64,000 nucleotides of DNA. Origin: Ignavibacteriota bacterium. Lineage in GTDB: Bacteria; Bacteroidota; Ignavibacteria; UBA10030. The first letter of the stretch is position 1. Each line of letters starts with the position of its first letter. The stretch spans positions 64,001 through 128,000 of the forward strand of contig CAVSHO010000008.1 of the NCBI GenBank assembly GCA_963727825.1. The letters run 5' to 3'. The notes beneath the pieces were generated by a model. The model made no database searches, was not told the DNA's origin, and was given only the letters and a program-made list of their open reading frames with translations. Shown here one piece after another: positions 1 to 8,752 of this stretch. The translations under genes and the position numbers were made by a program.

Positions 1-133
1 TACCTTGCTTCTTCATTCCGCTGTAAATAGTGCCGAGGTCTACTTCAGGTTTGTCTAATGAAAGCTTGGGCTGGCTGAATGAAATGCCAAATACACATAA
101 GGTAATTATGAATAACTGTTTGATTGATCTCAT
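1..133 (-). CDS. Secreted Ig-like protein, probably DUF1573 family (5' part only; runs off the window edge)
   Basis: Manual translation from ATG at 133: MRSIKQLFIITLCVFGISFSQPKLSLDKPEVDLGTIYSGMKKQG. Signal peptide followed by a PK..D.G.I pattern resembling DUF1573 N-termini. Confidence 0.55.
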   Translation of the reverse strand, partial: MRSIKQLFIITLCVFGISFSQPKLSLDKPEVDLGTIYSGMKKQG

Positions 134-250
134 AGAATTATCTCTTGTATATAAACATACAAATTGTATTGATTACTATTCTTTACTAATTCTTAATTAA
201 TGTTACGCAAAGCCATCTTTTATTCTGATAAACATGGAATATAAAAGTAC

Positions 251-329
251 ACCACCGGTAGGCAGGCCTTTATCCCCTCCTCATTTGAGGAGGGGATATC
301 CCGACACGATCCAAAATCGGGTCGGGATA
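251..329. repeat. Cluster of REP-like intergenic palindromes
   Basis: CCGGTAGGCAGGC; perfect 13-bp inverted repeat TATCCCCTCCTCA/TGAGGAGGGGATA (271-298); TATCCCGAC...GTCGGGATA (297-329). Confidence 0.7.
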
Positions 330-407
330 GGGAGGTGGACAATCATATAAAGAACTATAAATCCTTTAATAAAAAATTATGAGTGCGTAACATCAAATCT
401 TGATTCA

Positions 408-1304
408 CTATTTTCGGGTAATTGCCATTTGTTTTAAAAGTGGAGCCACTCGGTAACGCTCCTCCTGCAAATCGGAATGAAGCGCCGTAAGCACGGCATA
501 CACTTGCTTCCATCCAATTTGTTCCGCCCATTCGAAAGGGCCAAGCGGGAAATTGACGCCGAGTTTCAAAGCCGTGTCAATATCTTGCGGCGTTGCAATA
601 TTCTCGATTATGGCAAAGGCAGCTTCATTGATTATGCGACATAGCATACGCGGTAGTACCATACCAATTCGATCCTGCACAATCTCAATTTCCTTCTCGA
701 TCGATTGGAAAAAACGTTTTGTAACTTCCAATGTTTCTTTTGGCGAGTAAATTGTCGGTGCAACCTCAACCAGCGATTTTTGAATAAGCGCTGGAAGTGC
801 AGCGATACCTACAAGACGGTGTTTGCCAGATATCCATGAAGATTGTTCTGTTGCAGTTATTGTGACAGATGAAGTAAGAATCGCCGCAGTTATCGCTAAT
901 GTTTTATCTAACCGTTCAATATTCTTTTTCTTTGCAGGAAGATCGATGTTGGTCAATTCTATTGCAAGTGATGTGTTTGCTGGAATGACATTGGTAATTT
1001 TTATATGATCTGATTTGAATTCCGGTTTCTGTACAGGCCTTTCATTCCATGAAATATAGACATCATATCCGTGCGCAATACATAACTCGGCATATTGTTC
1101 CACCATTGGCGATTCGCCGGTGATAAAGATACATGCTGGAATTTTCTTTTTGCTCTCGTTTGTTTGAACAAATTTATTCGCTTTCGTAGATTCAATTGCA
1201 GTAGAAGGTATTGCATTTTTTGGTTTTACCTTCTTTATGGATTTATTATTTAACTTTATATTTTTTTTCTGAGTTGTTTTCAATTCTAATACTCCACTAC
1301 TCAA
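408..1304 (-). CDS. 3-hydroxyacyl-CoA dehydrogenase family protein with degenerate NAD-binding domain (resembles PaaH C-terminal half)
   Basis: C-terminal RIINEAA...DIDTALKLGVNFPLGPFEW..IG dimerisation-domain motif; no GxGxxG and no HFFNP. Confidence 0.8.
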   Translation of the reverse strand: MSSGVLELKTTQKKNIKLNNKSIKKVKPKNAIPSTAIESTKANKFVQTNESKKKIPACIFITGESPMVEQYAELCIAHGYDVYISWNERPVQKPEFKSDHIKITNVIPANTSLAIELTNIDLPAKKKNIERLDKTLAITAAILTSSVTITATEQSSWISGKHRLVGIAALPALIQKSLVEVAPTIYSPKETLEVTKRFFQSIEKEIEIVQDRIGMVLPRMLCRIINEAAFAIIENIATPQDIDTALKLGVNFPLGPFEWAEQIGWKQVYAVLTALHSDLQEERYRVAPLLKQMAITRK

Positions 1305-1328
1305 TGACTAATTCGCTTAATGACTCAA

Positions 1329-2195
1329 CTACTTGCCATTCGTTTCTTCATAATTAAAAAATCCTTTGTTTGTTTTCTTCCCCAGCCATCCCGATTCCAC
1401 CATTTGTTTCAAAATCGTATGCGGGCGAAGGCGAGGTTCACCATACGATTGCTCATACAAGGATTGCGCTTCAGATAGTGCTACATCGATACCCATTTGA
1501 TCCATCAATTCGAATGGTCCTGTAGGAAAGCCAGCAATTATTTTCATTATGCGGTCGATCTGGTCAGCATTTGCTACATTCTCTCCAAGCAAGCGGAGTG
1601 CTTCGCCGAACAATGGTTGTGACACGCGGTTGGCTATGAACCCCGGAGTATCTTTTACAATGATAGGAGTTTTACCAACCAGATTAACAAATGCAATGAC
1701 CTGCTCGGTGGTTTCGTTATTAGTTTTATATCCCATTACAACTTCAACAAGTGTGGATGTTTCGATAGGATTGAAGAAGTGCACACCTGCAATGCGTTCG
1801 GGATTTCGAGTATCAGCACCAATGGAAGTGATAGAAAGGGAAGATGTAGTACTTGCAAGAATCGTTGTGCTCTTCGTGCTTGCGTCTAGATGTTTGAAAA
1901 TATCCTTCTTCACACGAACATCTTCTATCACCGATTCGATAATGAAATCGCAATTACCAAGGTCAGGCAAACTTGTTCGCGTGCGGATTCGTTCCATCGC
2001 AGCCTGTAATTCTTCCGTAGATAACTTGCCGAGATTCACCATTTTACGCAAGTTCGCATTGATGCGTACAGTTGATCGACGTAAGAGTGTGTCGTTCACA
2101 TCAAATAATTGAACATTAATTTTAGAAAGCACAGCAAGCTGAGCGATTCCTGTACCCATAGTTCCTGTGCCGACAATACCGAGATGTTTGAACAT
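1329..2195 (-). CDS. 3-hydroxybutyryl/3-hydroxyacyl-CoA dehydrogenase (Hbd/PaaH family)
   Basis: GIVGTGTMGTGIA Rossmann motif, ESVIED, GVHFFNP..LVEV catalytic His/Glu, PGFIANR, G.LGKK..KGFF.Y. Confidence 0.92.
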   Translation of the reverse strand: MFKHLGIVGTGTMGTGIAQLAVLSKINVQLFDVNDTLLRRSTVRINANLRKMVNLGKLSTEELQAAMERIRTRTSLPDLGNCDFIIESVIEDVRVKKDIFKHLDASTKSTTILASTTSSLSITSIGADTRNPERIAGVHFFNPIETSTLVEVVMGYKTNNETTEQVIAFVNLVGKTPIIVKDTPGFIANRVSQPLFGEALRLLGENVANADQIDRIMKIIAGFPTGPFELMDQMGIDVALSEAQSLYEQSYGEPRLRPHTILKQMVESGWLGKKTNKGFFNYEETNGK

Positions 2196-2444
2196 GTCTA
2201 TAAGTTCCTTGTTATTATTAAAACTTACTCAATGTATGCTGAAAAAACAACCGTTGAAAAATGTTTATTAGATTTTGTTCAGCGGATTTTGAAGATACAG
2301 ATGGGGCATATTTTAATAGACGGATTTTATCTGATTGACATGGTTAATGCAATTCTCTTTGCTTTTCATTATTTTTAATCCAACTGGTCAACACCCACTT
2401 CAATTAAATCCAAGAAAATATGCGAGAATGCTAATACATATAAA

Positions 2445-4346
2445 ATGACGAAGAAGCTTGCTATAATATTCTGGAATGAGAACATCATCAGTTTTTTATT
2501 GAGGACCGTTTCGTTTTATATGTACATGACAACGATGTGCCATTCCGTAGGATTCACAGATTCTGGTGAACTATCGACTGTGATTTGTACACTTGGGATC
2601 GCACACCCCACAGGATATCCGCTTTTTACCTTACTGGGACGTTGCTGGATTATGATTCCTTCCACTATGGAAGAGATTCTTAGATTGAATATTTTTACAG
2701 CTTTATTTACGGCTATTGCCGTTGGAATATTTTTCAAAACAATGCTTGCGATTCGGCGCGCGACGAATGTATTTCAGACAAGAAACAGAAAACGAAAAGA
2801 CGAAAATGAACATCGTTTTATTCTTGCATCAATTGTTGCAAGTCTAATAATCGGGTTCTCGACAACATTCTGGTCTCAATCAACTGCTATCGAAGTATAT
2901 GCGCTTCACCTTGTCATGGTTCTTCTAACGATATGGATGTTTATCGAAGGTTTGGAAGAACAACTCATGGAACCACGTTACATCTCACGTAAGTTAATTC
3001 TTTTTGCATTCATTTTGGGATTGAGCTTCTCGAATCATATGACGACGATTTTATTGGCGCCAGGATTTTTGTGGTTGTACTTTCGCGCTTTCGGATTCAA
3101 CCGAGAATCATTTTTCCGAATTTTCAAAATTGCATCATATTTTCTCCTTGGTCTCTCAGTCTATTTATATTTGGTTATTCGTTCATCAGGTTTTCCGATT
3201 CTTGATTGGGGGCATCCAGCAACAATTGAAAGGTTCTTTTGGCATGTAAGCGGCAAGCAATTTCATGTGTGGATGTTTTCCGGCTGGAGTGTAGTGCAGA
3301 AGCAATTGAATTATTACATAAGCAACTTCACATCAGAATTTAATTTTGTTGTTCTCGTATGTGTTATCTTAGGTGTGTTTGCAGTATTTAAACAATCGCG
3401 CCGGCTTTTTTTGTTTCTTGCATTATTGTTTGGCGCGACAATTATATTCGCTGTTAATTATGACATTTTTGATATTGATTCGTATTTCCTGCTTTCCTAT
3501 ATCGTCATTGGCTTTATTGTTGCTTATGGAGTTGATTTTATTATTGAGCGGATAGACAACAGTCCAACTTTGGTAAAAATAATTATTGCAGTCATTATTT
3601 GTGCCCTCCCAATTTCACAGGTTGTGTATAACTGGGAAAGAGTTGATGAAACAGGGAATAAAATCCCGCAGCAATTTGTCGAGAAAGCATTTTCTGATTT
3701 TGAGCCAAATGCAATTGTGTTGGCTACGCAATATGATTATTTTATTTCGCCGTCACTGTATTATCAATTCATCCGGCATAAACGTTGTGATGTAACCGTT
3801 GTTGATAAAAGTTTGCTTCAGAATCGTTCTTGGTATTTCCTTCAGCTTGAACACAATGCTCCATGGTTGATGGAACGGATTCGTCCTAGTGCAAATCTTT
3901 TCTTAATAGAGTTGAATAAATTTGAACATGATTTGCCGTTTAATTTTTCTATCATTCAATTGCAATGGCAGAACTTATTATCAGAGATTGTGGAACAATC
4001 GCTACCTCAACACCCAGTATATATTGATGCGCGAATAGATCAGGAGTTCTCCCCGGAATACCGGCGCATACCTGCTGGTCTATTTTTACGCCTTACAAAG
4101 AAAGAAGATACTACTTATTATCGGCCTGCTTATATTCCTTTCGTATTACAGAAAACCGATATGGCGGTTTTCCAGGATTTCAAACGATATTATTGTACTA
4201 TGCTAATATACGATGCTTATTGGCTTGCAAAAGAAGGGGAAAAAGATGGTGCGGAAAAGGTTTTGGCAGAAGTCCTTCGCCTTGAGCCGGGCCAATTTGA
4301 AGCAAAATGGTTGCTAAGTAAATATGGAAAGAATAATAATTTTTAA
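2445..4346 (+). CDS. DUF2723 / TMEM260-like GT-C fold membrane glycosyltransferase
   Basis: DSGEL..GIAHPTGYPLFTLLG, TFWSQSTAIEVYAL and GLSFSNHMT motifs; many TM segments; C-terminal TPR-like helix pair. Confidence 0.8.
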   Translation: MTKKLAIIFWNENIISFLLRTVSFYMYMTTMCHSVGFTDSGELSTVICTLGIAHPTGYPLFTLLGRCWIMIPSTMEEILRLNIFTALFTAIAVGIFFKTMLAIRRATNVFQTRNRKRKDENEHRFILASIVASLIIGFSTTFWSQSTAIEVYALHLVMVLLTIWMFIEGLEEQLMEPRYISRKLILFAFILGLSFSNHMTTILLAPGFLWLYFRAFGFNRESFFRIFKIASYFLLGLSVYLYLVIRSSGFPILDWGHPATIERFFWHVSGKQFHVWMFSGWSVVQKQLNYYISNFTSEFNFVVLVCVILGVFAVFKQSRRLFLFLALLFGATIIFAVNYDIFDIDSYFLLSYIVIGFIVAYGVDFIIERIDNSPTLVKIIIAVIICALPISQVVYNWERVDETGNKIPQQFVEKAFSDFEPNAIVLATQYDYFISPSLYYQFIRHKRCDVTVVDKSLLQNRSWYFLQLEHNAPWLMERIRPSANLFLIELNKFEHDLPFNFSIIQLQWQNLLSEIVEQSLPQHPVYIDARIDQEFSPEYRRIPAGLFLRLTKKEDTTYYRPAYIPFVLQKTDMAVFQDFKRYYCTMLIYDAYWLAKEGEKDGAEKVLAEVLRLEPGQFEAKWLLSKYGKNNNF

Positions 4347-4355
4347 GTAGTACCG

Positions 4356-4383
4356 TTGACTATTAGCGAAATTTTTCTATATT
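4356..4383 (+). promoter_or_regulatory. Sigma70-type promoter for the tRNA cluster
   Basis: TTGACT-N16-TATATT upstream of tRNA-Thr. Confidence 0.5.
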
Positions 4384-4502
4384 TATAGTTCGGCAATTAA
4401 GTATTCCTGGTGAATCACCAGTATTACGGATGTTCAGGATTATACTGCGGTTGTTGTTTTGAAAAATCGCTGGAGGATAGTTTATGCTTCCAGCGTTAGT
4501 AT

Positions 4503-4575
4503 GCTGGCGTAGCTCAGCTGGTAGAGCAGCTGATTTGTAATCAGCAGGTCATCGGTTCGAGTCCGATAGCCAGCT
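4503..4575 (+). tRNA. tRNA-Thr(TGT)
   Basis: Cloverleaf; anticodon arm GCTGAT-T-TGT-A-ATCAGC; GGTTCGAGTCC T-loop; CCA not encoded. Confidence 0.95.
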
Positions 4576-4641
4576 CGTTTAAACTGGTGAAGACCATATT
4601 TCGCTTCGAGAAACGGAGTCGTTGTATTGAGCAGAGTTGCT

Positions 4642-4724
4642 GGGCAGGTAGCGAAGCGGTCAAACGCATCAGACTGTAAATCTGACGGCTCATGCCTTCG
4701 AAGGTTCGAATCCTCCCCTGCCCA
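4642..4724 (+). tRNA. tRNA-Tyr(GTA)
   Basis: GGGCAGG/CCTGCCC acceptor stem, TCAGA-CT-GTA-AA-TCTGA, long variable arm. Confidence 0.95.
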
Positions 4725-4779
4725 CTTTTTTGCGGGATGGAACAAAGAAGTTCTTTGAATAAATTGGAATGGTGAAAAT

Positions 4780-4853
4780 GCGGGAGTAACTCAGTTGGTA
4801 GAGTCACAGCCTTCCAAGCTGTTGGTCGCGGGTTCGAGTCCCCGTCTCCCGCT
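4780..4853 (+). tRNA. tRNA-Gly(TCC)
   Basis: GCGGGAG/CTCCCGC acceptor stem, CAGC-CT-TCC-AA-GCTG; one extra C in the T-stem 3' strand. Confidence 0.93.
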
Positions 4854-4901
4854 CAAGGAAAGAAGTTGAGGGGTGAGATAAGGAGATGAGAGAAGACAAC
4901 G

Positions 4902-4943
4902 AAGCTGTTGGTCGTCCAGATGAAATCGGGAAGTCCCGTCTCC
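4902..4943 (+). repeat. Degenerate copy of tRNA-Gly 3' half with a hairpin in the T-arm
   Basis: AAGCTGTTGGTCG and AGTCCCGTCTCC match 4816-4850; the middle is replaced by TCCAGATGAAATCGGGA. Confidence 0.75.
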
Positions 4944-5008
4944 AGATTAAAAATGTTTTATTGTGAGTGTTGTTTTAGAAAAATTACACCGCTCAAAAGA
5001 ATCTGAGC

Positions 5009-5081
<73 letters not shown>

Positions 5082-5097
5082 CGAGCATGTAAGAGTT

Positions 5098-5129
5098 GGT
5101 CATCCCGCGAAGCGGGATTGCAAGCTCGA
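5098..5129 (+). repeat. Degenerate copy of tRNA-Thr(GGT) 3' end with the T-arm replaced by a REP-like hairpin
   Basis: GGTCATC-ccgcgaagcgg-GATtGCAAGCTCGA versus GGTCATC-ggttcaatccc-GATcGCAAGCTCGA at 5053-5084. Confidence 0.75.
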
Positions 5130-5158
5130 ATGAGTTAGAAGAAGATGAAGGAACCTAT

Positions 5159-5308
5159 ATGCGAGATATCATTACATTAGAGTGCACAGATTGCAAGCGG
5201 CGTAATTATTCTACAACAAAGAATAAGAAGAAGCAAACGGGAAGGGTTGAGTATAAGAAGTACTGCCCGTGGTGCAAGAAGCGGACACCGCATAAAGAAA
5301 CCAAGTAA
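5159..5308 (+). CDS. rpmG: 50S ribosomal protein L33 (zinc-binding type)
   Basis: [17 protein letters not shown]...[17 protein letters not shown]; start at ATG 5159. Confidence 0.97.
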   Translation: MRDIITLECTDCKRRNYSTTKNKKKQTGRVEYKKYCPWCKKRTPHKETK

Positions 5309-5409
5309 TATTCTTAATTCTGATTTGTACTTAAGTTCCTTTGCACACGAGAGTAATTTTTTCAGTTGGGCAGCGGTGTCACCGCCTGCAAATAGAGCAA
5401 AAAGATGAT

Positions 5410-5482
<73 letters not shown>

Positions 5483-5518
5483 CATGTTCACTCAAAACAA
5501 GAAAGAAGATATTGAGCG

Positions 5519-5702
5519 ATGAAAGATAAAATCATAAACTTTTTTAAAAGACGTCGCGAAGGAAATGGACAAGGTGACTTGGCCGTCGCGTGAAGAACTC
5601 ATGGAATCAACTAAAATCGTTATCCTTGTCACATTGCTTATTTCGGTTTTTACTTATTTAGTGGATCTTGCGGTGCAGGAAATTCTCAAAGTAATTCTTT
5701 AA
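5519..5702 (+). CDS. secE: Preprotein translocase SecE; apparent +1 frameshift at 5546-5549 (likely sequencing error)
   Basis: Removing one A from TTTTTTAAAAGAC gives MKDKIINFFKDVAKEMDKVTWPSREELMESTKIVILVTLLISVFTYLVDLAVQEILKVIL, with the KVTWP motif; lies between tRNA-Trp and nusG. Confidence 0.9.
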
Positions 5703-5718
5703 TCTCGGGAGATGAACT

Positions 5719-6252
5719 TTGGATAAACGCTGGTATGTATTAAGAACGTATTCTGGACACGAAGCGAAGGTTAAGACATACTTGGAAACCGAGATTGCAC
5801 GCATTGGGTTGCAGGAAAAAATTTCAAACGTGCTGATTCCATCGGAAAAAGTTTTCGAGATTAAGGATGGAAAAAAGAAATCAAGATTGAAGAATTTTTT
5901 TCCGGGATATATTTTAGTAGAAGCTGTTCTTGATAAGGAATCAACACATCTTATTCTTGAAGCACCGTCAGTGATGGGATTTGTACCGGATAAAAACAAT
6001 CCGGCGCCATTGCAGCCGGAAGAAGTGCGCCGCCTGATCGGCAAGATGGAACAAAAGGAAGAGACGCAACTTCTCGATGTCCCATTCCATGTCGGCGAAC
6101 CAGTGAAGGTGACTGAAGGACCTTTTAATAATTTTAACGGATTTGTTCAAGAAGTAAATCCAGAAAAGCTCAAAGTAAAAGTGATGGTGAGTATCTTCGG
6201 ACGCAAGACACCAATTGAGCTTGATTTTTCGCAAGTAGAAATAGAAAAATAA
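5719..6252 (+). CDS. nusG: Transcription termination/antitermination factor NusG
   Basis: WYVLRTYSGHE, FFPGYILVE, KOW GPFNNFNG, VSIFGRKTP. Confidence 0.98.
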   Translation: MDKRWYVLRTYSGHEAKVKTYLETEIARIGLQEKISNVLIPSEKVFEIKDGKKKSRLKNFFPGYILVEAVLDKESTHLILEAPSVMGFVPDKNNPAPLQPEEVRRLIGKMEQKEETQLLDVPFHVGEPVKVTEGPFNNFNGFVQEVNPEKLKVKVMVSIFGRKTPIELDFSQVEIEK

Positions 6253-6294
6253 TTAGTTGTTTTTTTTTAGAATTAAAAATGTAAGGTATTTGGC

Positions 6295-6720
6295 ATGGCA
6301 AAAAAAATAACAGGCTTTATCAAGCTCCAAATCCCCGCCGGTCAGGCAAATCCTGCACCACCGGTCGGCCCCGCTCTCGGTCAAAAGGGCGTGAATATTA
6401 TGGAGTTCTGCAAACAATTCAACGCAAGGACTAAGGATCAACAGGGACTTATTATTCCGGTGGTGATCACGGTCTTCAGCGATAAATCATTCACATTTAT
6501 TACGAAGACACCACCTGCGGCAACATTATTATTGCGAGCCACGAAATTAGAAAAAGGTTCCGGTGAGCCTAACCGCACAAAAGTTGGAAAAGTGACAAAG
6601 AAACAAGTTCGCGAAATCGCGGAATTAAAAATGCCCGATTTGAATGCTGCAAACATAGATTCAGCAATGAGCATGGTTGCCGGCACAGCCCGTAGTATGG
6701 GTATTACGGTCGAAGATTAA
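6295..6720 (+). CDS. rplK: 50S ribosomal protein L11
   Basis: [26 protein letters not shown]. Confidence 0.99.
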   Translation: MAKKITGFIKLQIPAGQANPAPPVGPALGQKGVNIMEFCKQFNARTKDQQGLIIPVVITVFSDKSFTFITKTPPAATLLLRATKLEKGSGEPNRTKVGKVTKKQVREIAELKMPDLNAANIDSAMSMVAGTARSMGITVED

Positions 6721-6745
6721 GACTGTTGGAGACGGAGTTCAGACA

Positions 6746-7447
6746 ATGAAACAACATAGCAAACGATATAAAGCTGTTGCGAAAAAAATTCAACCTAAAA
6801 ACTATACTATTGCTGAGGCAGTAGGGATAGTCAAAGAAACTGCTTCTGCAAAATTTTCTGAAGCGGTCGATATTGCAATTCGACTTGGACTTGATCCAAA
6901 GAAGGCAGACCAAGCACTCCGTGGCACTGTTGCATTGCCGCATGGTATTGGTAAGGAAGTTCGCGTGCTAGTGATTGCCAAATCGCCAAAGGATGAAGAA
7001 GCGAGGGCAGCAGGTGCCGATCACGTCGGATACAAAGATTATTTGGAAAAAATCCAACAAGGTTGGGCAGATGTCGATGTAATTATTGCCTCTCCTGATG
7101 TAATGGGCGATCTTGGAAAGCTTGGAAAAATTCTTGGCCCTCGCGGCTTAATGCCGAATCCTAAAAGTGGTACCGTTACAGCTGACGTCGCGAAAGCGGT
7201 GAAGGAAGTAAAAGCTGGCAAGATTGAGTTTCGTGTCGAGAAGGCGGGAATTGTTCACGCCACAATTGGCAAGGCAAATTTTGAAAAAGAAAAATTAGTT
7301 GAGAATATCAATTCGTTTCTCAGCACCATTATGCGCTTGAAACCAGCAACAGCAAAAGGGACGTATGTTAAAAGCATCGCCATTTCCACAACTATGGGAC
7401 CTGGCGTGCATATCGACCGTGCCGAAGCTGGAGCGCATGCATTATAG
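6746..7447 (+). CDS. rplA: 50S ribosomal protein L1
   Basis: [15 protein letters not shown]; start at ATG 6746 after GGAG. Confidence 0.98.
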   Translation: MKQHSKRYKAVAKKIQPKNYTIAEAVGIVKETASAKFSEAVDIAIRLGLDPKKADQALRGTVALPHGIGKEVRVLVIAKSPKDEEARAAGADHVGYKDYLEKIQQGWADVDVIIASPDVMGDLGKLGKILGPRGLMPNPKSGTVTADVAKAVKEVKAGKIEFRVEKAGIVHATIGKANFEKEKLVENINSFLSTIMRLKPATAKGTYVKSIAISTTMGPGVHIDRAEAGAHAL

Positions 7448-7449
7448 AA

Positions 7450-7540
7450 ATTACGCACTCACGTTCGCTTACGACGTTGGATGCCTCCGTAAAACAGAGG
7501 GCTTCTCATTCAACAAAAGGAACTAACGTAAAGGAAAAAC
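7450..7540 (+). promoter_or_regulatory. Putative L10 leader (autogenous control region)
   Basis: Positional expectation upstream of rplJ plus hairpin GCCTC...GAGGGC; structure not verified. Confidence 0.3.
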
Positions 7541-8062
7541 ATGAAACGCAGTGAAAAAGAGGCGATCATCGCCGAAGTTGTAGAGAAAGCTGCGCGTGCT
7601 GTAGCAATGTACTTTGCAGATTTCTCCAAACTAACGGTTGCAGAAGAGACAGAACTACGCCGTGAGTTTCGGAAGTCTAGTATTGAGTACAATGTTGTGA
7701 AAAATACACTCGCACGCAAAGCGCTTGAGCAATTAACCGGTTATGATCATGTATTTGACAAACTCGTTGGACCAACAGGAATCGCGTATTCATACGATGA
7801 TCCCTCGGCGCCAGCGAAAATTATCAAGAAATTTTCCGAGAAGACCGGAAAATTAAAGCTCAAAATCGCCGTTGTCGAAAAGCAAGTCTATGATGCCGCA
7901 AAGCTGGAACAGCTTGCAAGTATGCCAACGCGCAAAGAAATAATTGCCTCCATTCTTGGATGCTTGAATTCCCCTGCTTCAGGTATCGTCGGTGCGATTA
8001 ACGCGGTTGCACGCGACCTCGTCTATGTAATAGATGCTATTGAAAAGAAGAAGGCAGCTTAA
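7541..8062 (+). CDS. rplJ: 50S ribosomal protein L10
   Basis: VVKNTLARKAL; synteny. Confidence 0.97.
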   Translation: MKRSEKEAIIAEVVEKAARAVAMYFADFSKLTVAEETELRREFRKSSIEYNVVKNTLARKALEQLTGYDHVFDKLVGPTGIAYSYDDPSAPAKIIKKFSEKTGKLKLKIAVVEKQVYDAAKLEQLASMPTRKEIIASILGCLNSPASGIVGAINAVARDLVYVIDAIEKKKAA

Positions 8063-8100
8063 TTAGAATTTGAAAAACTATACTTTAAAGGAGAATTACA

Positions 8101-8478
8101 ATGTCAGTCGTTGCTGAAATCGTAGAAAAGATTGAAAAGCTTACACTCCTCGAAGCCGTTGAATTGAAGAAGGCACTCGAAGAGAAATTTGGTGTTACTG
8201 CCGCTGCTCCAGTAATGATGGGCGCTGCATCAGCCGCCGCTGCACCAGCAGCAGTAGCAGAAGAAAAGACAGAGTTCAATGTTGAACTGAAGAGCGCCGG
8301 TGCACAGAAGATAAACGTTATTAAAGTTGTTCGCGCGGCCACTGGTCTCGGCTTGAAAGAAGCCAAAGACCTTGTCGATGGCGCGCCAAAGACTGTGAAA
8401 GAAAGTCTTTCAAAAGACGATGCTGAAAAACTGAAAAAAGAGCTCGAAGAAGCTGGCGCTACAGTAGAGCTTAAATAA
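8101..8478 (+). CDS. rplL: 50S ribosomal protein L7/L12
   Basis: [32 protein letters not shown]. Confidence 0.99.
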   Translation: MSVVAEIVEKIEKLTLLEAVELKKALEEKFGVTAAAPVMMGAASAAAAPAAVAEEKTEFNVELKSAGAQKINVIKVVRAATGLGLKEAKDLVDGAPKTVKESLSKDDAEKLKKELEEAGATVELK

Positions 8479-8752
8479 ATTGAGTGGCAAATCCTTTCTG
8501 CCTGCCAATAAAATTTTCCAAGAGTGGCAAGCGGATGTACGAACTAAGCAAATGAAAAATTTGTTAAGAACGTGAAGGATGTATAGGTCGCTAAGCCGAT
8601 AGTTCTCTCGATAATTCGGGTTTAGGAACTCTCGGCTTATGCTGTATATAGAAGAGCACTATACGATCGTTTTTAATTTTTTTAATTGAAATTTATTGTT
8701 CAACCGGAACGGTTGAAATCAAAAATCTTAATATCATCAAGGAGTGGTTACG

